DNA of 64,000 bases, from NCBI RefSeq assembly GCF_963921235.1, contig NC_086106.1, forward strand, positions 17,484,001 through 17,548,000. Direction: 5' to 3'. The notes below the pieces were generated by a model, which saw only the letters and a list, made by a program, of their open reading frames with translations, searched no databases and was not told where the DNA came from. A program made the position numbers and the translations under genes. Position 1 is the stretch's first letter. Each line of letters begins with the position of its first letter. The stretch is from Mobula hypostoma (lineage: Eukaryota). Of the stretch, positions 36,785 to 49,029 are shown piece after piece.

Positions 36785-37930
36785 CAATCAAATTTATCAT
36801 CACCGGCATGTGCCGTGAAATTTGTTAACATAGCAGCAGCAGTTCAAAGCAATGCATAACACAGAAGAAAAAAAACAAAATAATACTAATAATAAATAAG
36901 TAAATCAATTACAGTATACGTATATTGAATATATTAAAAATTGTGCAAAACACAGAAATACTCTATATTAAAAAAGTGAGGTAGTGTCCAAGGGTTCAAT
37001 ATCCATTTAGGAATCAGATGGCCGAGGGGAAGAAGCTGTTCCTGAATCACCGAGTGTGTGCCTTCAGGTTTCTGTACCTCCTACCTGATGGTAACAGTGA
37101 GAAAAGGGCATGCCCTGGGTGCTGGAGGTCCTTAATAATGAACGCTGCCTTTCTGAGACATCACTCCCTGAAGACGTCCTGGGTACTTTGTAGGTTAGTA
37201 CCCAAGATGGAGCCTACTAAATTTATAACCTTCTGCAGCTTCTTTCAGTCCTGTGCAGTAGCCCCTCCAAACCAGACAGTGATGCAGCCTGTCAGAATGC
37301 TCTCCACGGTGCAACTATAGAAGTTTTTGAGTGTACTTGTTCACATACCAAATCTCTTCAAACTCCGAATGAAGTATAGTCACTGCCTTGCCTTCTTATA
37401 ACTGCATTGATATGTTGGGACCAGGTTAGATCCTCAGAGATCTTGACACCCAGGAACTTGAAACTGCTCACTCTCTCCACTTTTGATCCCTTTATGAGGA
37501 TTGGTATGTGTTACTTCATCTTACCCCTCTTGAAGTCCACAATCAGCTCTTTCGTCTTACTGACGTTGAGTGCCAGGTTGTTGCTGTGATACCACTCCAC
37601 TAGTTGGCATATCTTGCTCCTGTATGTCCTCTCATTTCCATCTGAGATTCTACCAATAATGGTTGTATCATCAGAAATTTATAGATGGTATTTGAGCTGT
37701 GCCTAGCCACACAGTCATGTGTATGCAGAGAGTAGAGCAGTGGGCTAAGCACACACCCCTGAGGTGCGCCAGTGTTGATAGTCGGTGAAGAGGATATTTT
37801 ATCACCAATCCGCACAGACTGTGGTCCTCTGGTCAGGAAGTCGAGGATCTAATTACAGAGGGAGATACAGAGGCCCAGGTTCTGCAACTTCTCAATCAGG
37901 ATTGTGGGAATGATGGTATTAAATGCTGAG
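36785..37930 (-). mobile_element. Rex1/Babar LINE fragment
   Basis: [21 protein letters not shown]. Confidence 0.85.
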
Positions 37931-38329
37931 CTAAGAGCATGCTATCTCTTCAAAGTTTTTGCACTCACAATATTTCCCAATTTTTTTTCCCTGAAACTCT
38001 TCGTCTAATTGGATTGATATCATAAACAGGTCCTCATTCAAAACTCAACAAAATCTTAAACTCTTCCTTCCTTCTTTTATTTTGGGCCTGTTTACCGTTT
38101 TCACCACCGGACAATAAGCCACTACAACCCTCAATTCACGGCTTCTATTTCCATTTCCCAGAAACCTGCCATACAACTTTACCACCCTTTCCTGTTCACA
38201 GCCTCCATCGCTCCAGTTAGAGTAACTCCTAACAGCAGGCTCGGGCCTTTGTTCCAACCCCAACTCTCCAACAAACTCCGCCGGATCTCGACCGTGTATG
38301 TAGTTTCGGGACCTGCTCCATGTCCCACT

Positions 38330-38430
38330 CACCCCCAACCCAACCGGGAAGCGGGTGCCGCCGTTGCCCGTTGGCCGGAGTGAGCCCCCGCGATCGCAGC
38401 ACCTGCCCGGCCCTGTGACATCGCAGCTCC
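38330..38430 (-). promoter_or_regulatory. Partial orphan copy of the ZNF promoter module
   Basis: Reverse complement GTCACAG..GATCGCGGGGG..CGGCCAACGGG..GGCGGCACCCGCTTCCCGGTTG matches 627-706; E-box mutated. Confidence 0.65.
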
Positions 38431-38817
38431 CTACAAAGGATTGTGAGGATATCGGGACCTCTTCCACCCATTGGAGATATCGGTCAAGAGCGCTGTGTAC
38501 GCAGGGACTTCAGCATGATTAGAGATCCCTCCCATCCATCCAACGATCTCTTTGACCCTCTACCATCAGGCAGGAGGTGCTGTGGCATTAGGACGGGGAC
38601 TGTTAGGACGGGAGACAGGGGACAAGACTACTGATCTCCCTGCCACCACCCGGGTCTCATCACGGTTGAAGTGCCCCTGCTTACTTTTTAAACTTGCATT
38701 GTCTGTGGATGCGGAAGCAGTCGAGGGTGCCGAGATTTACTCAGATGCTGCCTGGATTAGAGAGCACGTCCTATGAACTTGGGCTTTTCTCTTAACAGAA
38801 GGAAAAGGTGCTGGCTG

Positions 38818-39043
38818 TGTGATAAACTATATATGTTGTAACTGGGTTAACAGTCTGGAAACGCCCCTCTGCTGACTGCCCCTGTGGCTCCTCCCGCAGA
38901 CCCCTGAATAAAGGTGATTGCGCCTTGCCCCTGCCCCTCAGTCTGGGGGCAGACACTCAGCATGGAAGTCGTATTGTACAGCGAATAAAAGCCTTTCAGT
39001 ATTTACCCTACTTCAGTCTTTTGGAGTTATTGAAGGTGCTTCA
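38818..39043 (+). mobile_element. Short LTR-like element
   Basis: TG...CA ends with AATAAA near the 3' end; no convincing TSD. Confidence 0.5.
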
Positions 39044-39419
39044 AGCTCCACTCTCTCTGTGCCTCTTATCATCTTACACACGTTGACAGACACGCTTGAA
39101 ATGATAAGACCCGTAGATGGGCCGGTCGGCCGGCGCATTTTCCCTGGGGTGGAACTGGCCAACACGAAAAGGCATCATTTCTAGGTGGTTGGAGTTCAGG
39201 GGAATGTCAGAAGTGGTGTTTTTTTTTTAAAATGACACAGCTTGGTGGGCACGCGGACTGCAGGTACATTGGGGAGATTGAAGGCACTCTTAGATAGGCA
39301 CATGGATGATTGAAAAATGAAGGGCCATGTGGGAGGGAAGGGTTAGTTTGATCTTAGAAGTTGGACGACGTTGTGGGCCGAAGGTCTGTCCTGTTCGATG
39401 CACTGATGTTTCGAATGAA

Positions 39420-39605
39420 CAGACTGCATATCTGAAATAACACTGATTTTAATTTTTACCATGGCATTCAAATACAGCTCAAAATTTCATCACTTCCCAT
39501 ATCTACAGTAACAAATGGACACAGCAGATACAGTCCTGGTCGAATCCAGCTTCAACCTCCACAACCACAACCCCTCTCCCAGAGTATCCCAGCCTGGAAC
39601 ATCCC
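39420..39605 (-). other. Conserved downstream block of ZNF-C
   Basis: Reverse complement aligns with 4150-4330. Confidence 0.65.
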
Positions 39606-39949
39606 GGCTAAGGAGGACGTGTCCCAAAACTCTGTCTGAAGACCTCACCTCATGGTGGGGTGTGGAGATTCACCATGATGCTGCCTGGATTAATGGCCGT
39701 GAGGAATAAGGGGAGGTTGGCCAGGGCCAAGGGGAGAACTGATAAAAGTTTTATGAGAAGCATTGATGGCTCAGGGTGAAACGTCTGGAGTTAAGGTGAG
39801 AGGGGGCAAGTTCAAAGGTGTGTGGGGGATTTTTTTTATGTACATATGCACAGAGTGGCGGGCGCCTGGGACGTGATGTGGGGGGGGGGGTGGTGGATTC
39901 AGATATGACAGAGGAGTAGAAGAGGTCTGTAAATAGACACTTGGACGTA

Positions 39950-40913
39950 CATTGCCTTGAAAGGTATTCAGCCCCCAACCCTTTGTTCACATAAATGTGT
40001 ATTACAACCAGGGATTTTGATCAATTTAACTGATAATTTTTTTATCTGTGAATCCCCACAGTGGAGCCCAAAACATGGGGAAAATTGTAAAGCATGAAAA
40101 ACTACAAATTCAAAACCTGAAAGGTCAGCAGTTCAAAAGTATTCAGTGTTCGGCTGAACCACCTCCTGCAGCTGTTACCGCCGGCAGTCTTTCTGGACGA
40201 GTCTCTGTTGGTTTTGCACAACGGAATGGAGCGAGACTTGCCCATTCCTCCTTCCAAAACTGCCCAGGTTGTGCCAGGGTTATTCGTGGAGCAACATCGG
40301 GCATGAACTTCATCTCCAGTTGCAGCCACGGACTTCTGCGTGACTGTTGGATCTGTTAGGAGTGCCAGTTTTCTCAGTTTAGAGGGGCGGCCTGACCTAC
40401 GCATACCTTTTTGTCCACATTTTCACGATGGACTGCACTGAGCTCTGAGGTACGTTCAGCGCCTTTGAGACGGCCTTTGTAGCCTTCCCCAGATGTGCGC
40501 TTCTCTGTTATCATTTCCCTGACTTGCCTTGAATGCTCTTTTGTCTTCATTTTGGTTTGCTCTGTTGAAAAACTACCACGCTGTTACATCTTTAAGAGAG
40601 AGGGGTACTTATTCTTGTGAATTCATTGAAAACAGCCGATCTTCCAATTTTCCACATCAACAAATTGGATGAGTTGGTAAGGTAATACACGGTATTGCAC
40701 CTCAGAAAACTAGCGCAGTAAGTACAAATGGGATGAATACTCTTTCAGCCTCAGAATTTTTGGTTTTTAAGTTTCAGTAAATAGCTGGCAGGTTCTGGAC
40801 GAAGTTTTGGAGATCAGCTCAAAAATCCTGCTTCAATACATTTTAAGTTTAGAAAATGAGACAGTAAAATGTGAAAATGGCTGTGGGGGGATGAATACTT
40901 TTCCAAGACACAG
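39950..40913 (-). mobile_element. Internally deleted Tc1/mariner DNA transposon
   Basis: TIRs CATTGCCTTGAAAGGTATTCAGCCCCC and GGGGGATGAATACTTTTCCAAGACACAG; TA on the left flank; GRPSKL transposase linker remnant on -. Confidence 0.8.
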
Positions 40914-41172
40914 CACAGGAGATAATGTAGACAGACGGGTTTGGACGTGGAAGTGTCCCGCGACAGCCGCGTCTCACGCTCCTCACAAAGTCCACGTCTG
41001 GGCGACTGGCACGGGCAACCGACTTGCAAATGCATCACGCCCTCTTCCACTCCACCCCTGCCCTCGGGCAAAGGGCTTCTCCCCGGTAGCCCAGGAGCTG
41101 ACGAGGGCCGTGCCACGTCGAGGCAGCGGAAAACGGGTACGAGGAGCGGGCGAAGGCCTTGCCACGCCAGCG

Positions 41173-42450
41173 TCAGGCGAAGCTGGCCTCCTCGGCGTGA
41201 ACCCGCCGGTGCGTCCGCAGGTTGTAGGAGCGGGCGAAGGCCTTGCCGCAGTCGGAGCAGACGTAGCGCCTCTCCCCCGTGTGAGAGCGGCGGTGGGCCT
41301 GCAGGTGCGAGGACTGGGTGAAGCTCTTGCCGCAGACGGGGCAGGCGAAGGGCCGCTCGCCGGTGTGGATCCTGCGGTGGGCCAGCAGGTGCGAGGAGTG
41401 GGTGAAGGCCTTGCCGCACTCGAGGCAGGAGAAAGGCCGCTCGCCGGTGTGGGTGCGCCGGTGCACCACCAGCTGGGAGGGGAAGATGAAGGCCTTGTCA
41501 CACTCGGGGCAGGAGAAAGGCCGTTCCCTGGTGTGGGTACGCCGGTGGGCCTGCAGGTTGGAAGTGTGGGGGAAGATCTTGCCACACTCGGGGCAGGCGA
41601 TCCTCTTCTGCTTCATGTGCAGGCGCCGGTGGGCCTGCAGGTTGGAGTACCGGGCGAAGGCCTTGCCGCAGACGGCGCAGGAGAAGGGCCTCTCCCCGGC
41701 ATGGATGACCAGGTGCTGCTTCAGGTACAGGGTGCACTTGAAGGCCTTGCCGCAGACAGGGCAGTGGAAGGGCCGCTCCTCGGTGTGGACCTGCCGGTGC
41801 TGCAACAAGATGGAAGCCCTGCTGAAGCTCTTCCCGCAGTCGGGGCAGGCGTAGGGCCTCTCCGCCGTGTGGGTCCGCCGGTGGGCCTGCAGCTGCGAGG
41901 ACCGGGCGAACCTCTTCCGGCAGACGGGGCAGGAGAAGGGCTTCTCCCCGGTGTGGACCCTGCGGTGCTCCAGCAGGTAGTAGGCCCTGAAGAAGGCCTT
42001 GCCGCAGTCGGGGCAGGAGAAGGGCCGCTCGGCGGTGTGGGTGCGCCGGTGCATCTGCAGGTGGGAGGAGTGGCGGAAGGCCTTGTCGCAGTCGGGGCAG
42101 GGGAAGGGCCGCTCGCCGGTGTGGGTGCGCCGGTGGGCCTGCATGTGCGAGGAGTGGGTGAAGGCCTTACCGCACTCGGGGCAGGTGACGCTCTTGCCCC
42201 CGGTGTGGATGCGCTGGTGCCGCGAGCAGTCCTGGTTGCTCTTGAAGGCCTTGCCGCAGACGCCGCAGATGAAGGGCCGGGCCTCGGTGTGGGACAGCCA
42301 GTGGCGCCGCAGCCTGGACTGGTAGGCGAACACCTTCCCGCACAGCGTGCAGGGCAACGGGCCTTTGCGGGCCGGTCTGCTCCTCGGCAAGCCCTCGCCT
42401 CCCGCCGGGGAGTGCCAGTTCGCAAAGGAGTCAGCGGGATTTCCTGCCAT
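41173..42450 (-). CDS. Tandem C2H2 zinc-finger protein ZNF-C (425 aa, 14 fingers, no recognisable effector domain)
   Basis: 14 intact fingers; conserved ATG (gcaATGG, MAGNP); acceptor 'ttgccctttcag|G' at 42595/42594. Confidence 0.92.
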   Translation of the reverse strand: MAGNPADSFANWHSPAGGEGLPRSRPARKGPLPCTLCGKVFAYQSRLRRHWLSHTEARPFICGVCGKAFKSNQDCSRHQRIHTGGKSVTCPECGKAFTHSSHMQAHRRTHTGERPFPCPDCDKAFRHSSHLQMHRRTHTAERPFSCPDCGKAFFRAYYLLEHRRVHTGEKPFSCPVCRKRFARSSQLQAHRRTHTAERPYACPDCGKSFSRASILLQHRQVHTEERPFHCPVCGKAFKCTLYLKQHLVIHAGERPFSCAVCGKAFARYSNLQAHRRLHMKQKRIACPECGKIFPHTSNLQAHRRTHTRERPFSCPECDKAFIFPSQLVVHRRTHTGERPFSCLECGKAFTHSSHLLAHRRIHTGERPFACPVCGKSFTQSSHLQAHRRSHTGERRYVCSDCGKAFARSYNLRTHRRVHAEEASFA

Positions 42451-43306
42451 TGCGCGCTGGCCGCAGTCGGTTGGGTCCTGGCGCTCCCGAGCCACTCCGC
42501 GAGACCTCGGCGTGACTGTTTGGCTTCAACCTTCCCTGCACGACACTGGTGTGGAGACGGACAAACAAGGCGAGTCTTACACAGCACCCGAAACCTGAAA
42601 GGGCAAGACACAAGGCGTCTCAGTACAGGTTCACAGCAGTAAATTTTACAGCTTTTCTCTGTAACTGCAACAAATAATTCTGTTTTAGTACTTTATTACA
42701 CTAATTCAGGATCAGACTTAACATCACCAGCACGTCGTGAAATTTGTTACCTTCGCAGCAGCAGTACAATCCGACACATAATAGACAAAAAAACTGAATT
42801 ACATTCAGTTTATATATATCTATATACATCTATTATATATACATCTATTATATACATCATTATATACATCTATTAAATAGTTAGGTTAAAATATGTAGTG
42901 CAGAAACAGAAATTTAAAAAAAACATGATGTAGTGTTCACGGGTTGAATGTCCATTTAGGAATCGGATGGCAGAGGGGAAGAAGCTGTTCCTGAATCGTT
43001 GAGTGTGTGCCTTCAGGCTCCTGTACCTCCTCCCTGATGGTAACAGTGAGAAAGGGGCATGCCCTGGGTGCTGGGGTCCTTAATAACGAATGCCACCTAT
43101 CTGAGACATCGCTCCTTGAAGATGTCTTGGATACTACGGAGGCCAGCGCTCATGATGGTTTTTTTTGGGGGGGGGGGGCTTCAATCCTGTGTAGTAGCCC
43201 CCGCCCCACCAAAACCAGACGGTGATGCAGCCTGTCAGAATCCGCTCCATGGGACATGTGTAGAATTGAGTGTTTCAGGCGACAAAACAAATCCCCTCAA
43301 ACTCCT

Positions 43307-46300
43307 TCTTTTTTGTAATTTATTTGTTACTGAATTTCATCCTCAAACATTTCCATAACATGTATTTCAGATACTGTACATATAATCATATTTGTCACAA
43401 ATCTCCACATAATATTTATCTGAGGTATACACTTATAGAAAGGAGAGGAAAGAAAGAACAATCGAAAGAAGAAAACTATGTACAGAGTAGGGAGTGATCT
43501 TTTTTTTACAATATATTCATTGACTTGTGAGAATAAAATCAGGCCTATGAGGTGTTATGTAGTTAAACCATTTTTCCCAGTATGAATCAAATTGTTCCAA
43601 CAGATGCTGTTATCTTCTCCATTTTGTAAATGTCCATTGTAATTTCCATCCATACATTTAAAGTTGGGCTCTCCTGTGATAACCATTTCCTGGTAAGGGT
43701 CTTTTTACCAGCCCTTAAATATTCATGAATTATTTTTCTCTTTTCAACCATTCTTGAGGTATATACCCAAAATATATAAGCTCTCTAAGGGTATTTCACA
43801 TTTAAAGATGTCTTGTAGGGCATTATATATCCCACTCCAATAGTCTGTGATAAGGGGGCATTCCCAGAAAATATGATAATGGTTTGCATTCCAATTTCCA
43901 CAATTTCTCCAGCAAACAGGGAGGTTACTATCATAATGGGATTTCTGAGAGGGTGTAATAAAATATCTTATCAAGTTTTTCCACCTGAACTCCCTCCATT
44001 TCTGTGAACTGGTACATTTCCATTGATCCCTCCATATTATTGTCCAGTCTTCCTCAGATATTATTATTCCACCTTCCTTCTCCCAAATTGTTTTAATGTA
44101 TGAAGTCGAATGTGTTTTAAAATTTGACAAACCCTTATACACTCTTGAAATTATTCTACTACCGTTGTCTGAATTATATGCTTTTCTAAACAGCTCTATC
44201 AGATATGTACTTGCCTTGGTTACATTTTTAACTGTCCTATTAACATACTGTCACATCCGTAAATACCGGTAAAAGTCTTGTTTCTACTAATAAGTGTTTC
44301 TCTTTGAGCATTTCAAAACTGAACAGTGTTCCTTCTTTCATTATATTGCAAATAGCTGTTATTCCTTTAGCTGTCCAGTCCTTAAATCTAGCATCCGGTT
44401 TATTCAGCGTAAAATCCGAGTCTTATGCACACCATTTAAGAATTGCAATGTCTCTCTCTAGTTTATATTCTTTTATAATAGTTTTCCATATTTTAAGAGT
44501 CCACTTCACCCATGGGTTGTCAATATTATTTATGTAACTTTGTAGGTTGTTATCAGCCAAAATTGCCTGTATGGGGATGGAAAGTATCCTCTCCTCAATG
44601 TTTTCCCATTAAGCGTCATATGATGGATTGCACCAGCATATCACAGCTCTCAACTGTGCTGCAAAATAATAATCTCTAAGAGAAGGTAGGCCCCATCCCC
44701 CCTTTTCCTTGGCTAATTGCAAAGTTTTGAGATGAACCCTAAGCCTTTTACCTTGCCATATATATCTTGATAGCATCTTGTTCCATTCATTGAATTGATT
44801 TTGGTTACTCTCTATTGGTAGGGTCTGAAAGAGATATAGTAGTCTGGGCAGTATATTCATTTTAATAGATTCAGTCTTTGAACTGAGACCAAGAAAAGGA
44901 ATTAGGTTCCATCTTGTTATATCTTCCTTAATTTTTTATATATAGGCTGATAATTGCATTCTGATAATTTTGCCAAATCTTTTGGCATAGTGATGCCCAA
45001 ATATTTGACCAACTCTGTTTGCCATGCCCAAGGATATCTACTTTCAATTTCTCTTGGTGGGCTATAGTTATATGAAAGTAGTTGGGCTTTATCTGTGTTG
45101 ATCTTGTATCCTGAAAATTGGCCATATTGTTCAAAGGATTGCATCAATTTAGGTAAAGAGTATGTTGGTTGCCCTAGATAAATCAAAATGTCATCTGCGT
45201 AACAGGCCAATTTACGCTCTGTCCCTTTAATAGTAATTCCCCTGATATTTTCATTTTGTCTGGTGTATTGAGCTAATGGTTCCAGATATAATGCGAAGAG
45301 TAGCGATGACCATGCACAACCCTGTCTCCTGCCCCTTTCTAGGGTAAAACTATTAGATCCATTGATTTTAATCCTGGCAGTGGGATTGTCGTATAGTGCC
45401 TGTATAGTTTTAATAATTGTGTCACGTAGACCAAATCTATGTAAAACTCTGTAAAGAAAATTCCAATTAACCGAATCAAATGCCTTTTCAGCGTCCACAC
45501 TCATTACTATTGCCTCAATTTCATTTTTTTAATATATGATCCATAATGTGAAGTGTCCTTCATATATTGTCTTGTGTTTGGCGTTGTTGTATAAAACCTG
45601 TCTGATCATTATGTATCAGTGTGGGTAGAAACTCTTCTAATTGTTTGGCCGTGATGGAGGTAAATATTCTATAATCCACATTAAGAACAGATATTGGTCT
45701 AAATGACCCACATTCCATTTTGTCCTTGCCTGCTTTCGGTATAGCTGAGATTATCGCCTCCTTCCAGCTGGGTGGCATTTGCATCTTTCTTAGGGCCCAG
45801 TTCAGTGTGGGGAGTAAAACAGGAATTAACTCACTTCTGAACTCTTTATACCACTCTGCCATATATCCATCTGATCCTGGTGACTTGCTTAATTTAAGCC
45901 TACTAATTGCAGTTTTTAGTTCAGCTTCAGTTATGTCAGCAGTCATCGTTCTATTTTGTTCTTTGCTTAAAGTGGGTAACTCTAAAGAATTCAGGAAGGT
46001 GTCAGTTTGGGTTATGCTTTCCCCTGGAACTTTGGAATATAGAGTTTTGTAAAACATTTCAAAAGCTTCCTGAATTTCACTTAGCTTATTTTTTTCATCA
46101 CTTTTGTTCTTGGATCCCTAATTCTATGAATTGTATTTTCTGCTGTCTTTTTTTCTCCATTTCCACCCCAGTATTTTCATAGATTTAGATCCACTTTCAT
46201 AGCATTTGTTTCAGAAACATTAAATTTTTTCTAATTTCTTGTGTAGCCAAACTCAATTTGTGTTGTTTTTTCTAATTCCTTCAGCTTATATTGTAATTCC

Positions 46301-48557
46301 TCTAATGTTTTATTCTTTATTTTTTTCTTATATGAAGATATCGCTATAATTTTCACTCTTAAAACGGCCTTCAGAGTATCCCATAGAATGGGACGTGAAA
46401 CCTCTCCATTATCATTGAATTCTTGGTAAAGACCAATTTCTTTTTTAAGTTGTTCCTTAACTTAGGGATCATTGAGTAGACTTGAATTTAGTTTCCAAAT
46501 AGTATTCTTCGTTTGTAGGTCAAAATCAACAGATAAATATATAGGGGCATGGCCCAATTCCACAGGTGATTGATTACCTTGTCTCTATCTTTTCCAAATG
46601 TTATGAAATAGTCTATTCTTGTATATATGGACTGGGGTGCAGAATAATGAGTGTAATCCCTTCTGTGGGGAAAAGGTCCCTCCATATATCAACTAGACCA
46701 ACATCCTCAAAAAGAGTGTTAACTTTCTTACATAAGAACTTAGCTTCATAAGTTTTTCTATTGGATGAGTCTAACTTTGGTTGTAATTGCAAATTTAAGT
46801 CTCTCTCACATATCAAGAGACCTTCTGTTTCCGTGACCATAATATTAGTAATTTTCTGGAAGAAACTAATATCACTTCCTGGGGTACGCATATATTCAAT
46901 AAAGTAACTGGATTTCCATCTAAACTCCCCCTTACCAGAATATATCTGCCCTCCTTATTTCCCATTTCGAATACTTTTGCAAAATTTAGCTTGCTTGAGA
47001 TGAGGATAGCAACTCCTCTTCTATGTCCTGATTTATATGAGGAGAAAAACAAATTTATCACTTAAGTGAGTTTCCTGTAAATATACGACATGGGCTTGTT
47101 CTTTTTTCATTTTTGATAGAATTTTACTGCGCTTGACTGGATTCAACAGCCCATTGACATTAAAAGAAATGAATTTTACTTTGTCCTTAGCCATGTGTAT
47201 TTATCTGTTAGTATATCATTGAGATTTGCAGAATATAACTTAATCGATCTACTCCCTGACCAAATAAGAGCCAGGAAATGTGAATATTAAAAAAAAAGGT
47301 AACGAAGGTGTGATTCCAAGGCTGGGGTCTCTAGATGACCCTGGGTTGACCTGGAAGAAACGTCTAGCCGTGGGCGATAGCCCATCCTACCTGTGGGTTG
47401 AGGGCCCCTGCTGCAGTATCTATAAAAGTAAGTAAAAAAATCTATGTCCATTACACAGAAATGATTTCCCTGTGTATTCCTCCCATGTATATATTCTCAT
47501 TTAGGTGGGGAAAAAAGAATGAATGAATGAGTTTAAAAAAATTGAGTAATTTAAAATCCACATTACAATATGTATTTCTCGAGACAGGTATATCACCGTC
47601 TATTTTTGCTTCCGTTTAGTTTATCAGCACTTTTAAAGTTAGCCAAACTTTTTGCTTCTTCTGGAGGAGGTGAGGGCTGCCCTTGGAGAACTGACAGTCT
47701 CTTTCTAATATCCTTCTCTCATCCTGTTCCCGTCCCCTGTTTTCTCGGTTCCCAAGCGGATCGGGATAACTGCTCAGCCAGACTTTCCCTTGGTTTGACC
47801 ACGCTAATGGACAGTCCTCTGTTGTTCATGTCTGTAGTCGCCTCTCCCACTGTCTGATATAGTCGTATCCCTTCTTGGTAAAATACCCTCAGTTTAGCAG
47901 GGTACGGGGTTTGGAATTTAATCTTTACTTGCTTTAATATTCGTTTTGCTTCAGAACATTACTTCCGTTTCTGTAGGACCGCTGGGGGGGGGGGTAATCA
48001 TGATCAAAGTACATTAACTCCCTGTTCCAAAAAACCCTCTTCTTACCCCAGGCACTTCGTAGAATCTCCGCCTTGCTCGTGAATCGAAGGAATTTAAGTA
48101 CTATTGAGCGTGGCTTACTTTCCCTGTCTCCAGGAGGCCTTGAAACGAGCGAACGATGTGCCCTCTCAGTTACAGTCTCCATAGTCGGGGGAATCTCCAG
48201 CGTGTCCCGCAGCAGCTTTTCTCCAAAGTCCATCACCGACAATCCCTCTGCTCCTTCGGGAACATTATAAATCCTGATATTTTTCCGTCGCGATCTTCCC
48301 TCCTGGTCAAGCAATTTACTTTCCTCTTACTTAGTATCTGTTCCACGTTTTTCACGCGATCTTCCACCTTCTTAATTCGAGTCTCTGCCACTGTTTTCTG
48401 ATTGACGTTGGTGAGCTCTGACTTTATATCATTTAGTTGCTGTTTTATATCTTTTTGGACTTCCCGTATCTCTTCCAGAATCCTCATCATATTTGCTGCT
48501 TCGCCTGCACGAGGCCCCGCGTCAGCTTCGCCGCCACGCGCACGTGCAGGAGAGCCA
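43307..48557 (-). mobile_element. Near full-length L1-clade LINE (ORF1 ~47800-48550, ORF2 from ATG 47194), frameshifted, nested in a Rex1 copy (~42700-48730)
   Basis: RSRRKNIRIYNVPE (ORF1); FNVNGL..YLQETHL, SPGSDG, DAEKAFD, YADDIL and HIFWEC (ORF2); TSD CCTCAAACTCCT at 43295-43306 and 48558-48569. Confidence 0.92.
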
Positions 48558-48937
48558 CCTCAAACTCCTAATGAAATATAGTCACTGTCTCGCCTTCTTT
48601 ATAGCTGCATCGATATGTTGGGACCAGGTTAGATCCTCAGAGATCTTGGCACTCAGGAACTTGAAACTACTCACTCTCTCCATTTCTGATCCCTCTGTGA
48701 GAACTGGTTTGTGTTCCCTCGTCCTACCCTTTTCAAATATCACATCTTAAAACGGTTCCAGGTTCCAAGCCCCAAACCCAGTTAGTTCCTTCTCCAATTT
48801 CCTCACAGCAGATCAGCAAATTTATAGTCAAAAGTAAATTTATTATAAGAGGTACGTCACCAAATACCACCCTGAGATTTATTTTCTTGCAGGCATTCAC
48901 TCTGGAACAAACAAATACGATAGAATCAATGGAAAAA

Positions 48938-48972
<35 letters not shown>

Positions 48973-49029
48973 GCTGAAAAGACAAACTGTGCAAATTCAA
49001 AAATGAAATAAATAATTATGATAATAATA

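Larger units (their letters stand above)
25100..38280 (-). mobile_element. Nimb (I-group) LINE fragmented by nested insertions; RT core deleted
   Basis: Colinear pieces on -: ORF1 (~37930-38280, 36510-36780, 34950-35320), APE (LANGHEFK..DVLCVQET ~34800-34920; GGGVATFVK ~32850; SAIDLTLVS..GSNHSPI ~31750-31850), tether/RT0 (QTSPGKDDI ~29770), RNase H (HIYTD..SIFTSEMVVIILALEWVE ~28470-28640) and C-terminal QHILFECISY (~25290). Confidence 0.75.

Noticed and set aside
40807-42642. 611-aa ORF on the + strand, and similar long alternative-frame or antisense ORFs over ZNF-A and ZNF-B
   Set aside because: Shadow ORFs: very high GC3 in the zinc-finger codons removes stops in other frames; repetitive VGAGEG text mirrors the finger periodicity; non-ATG start
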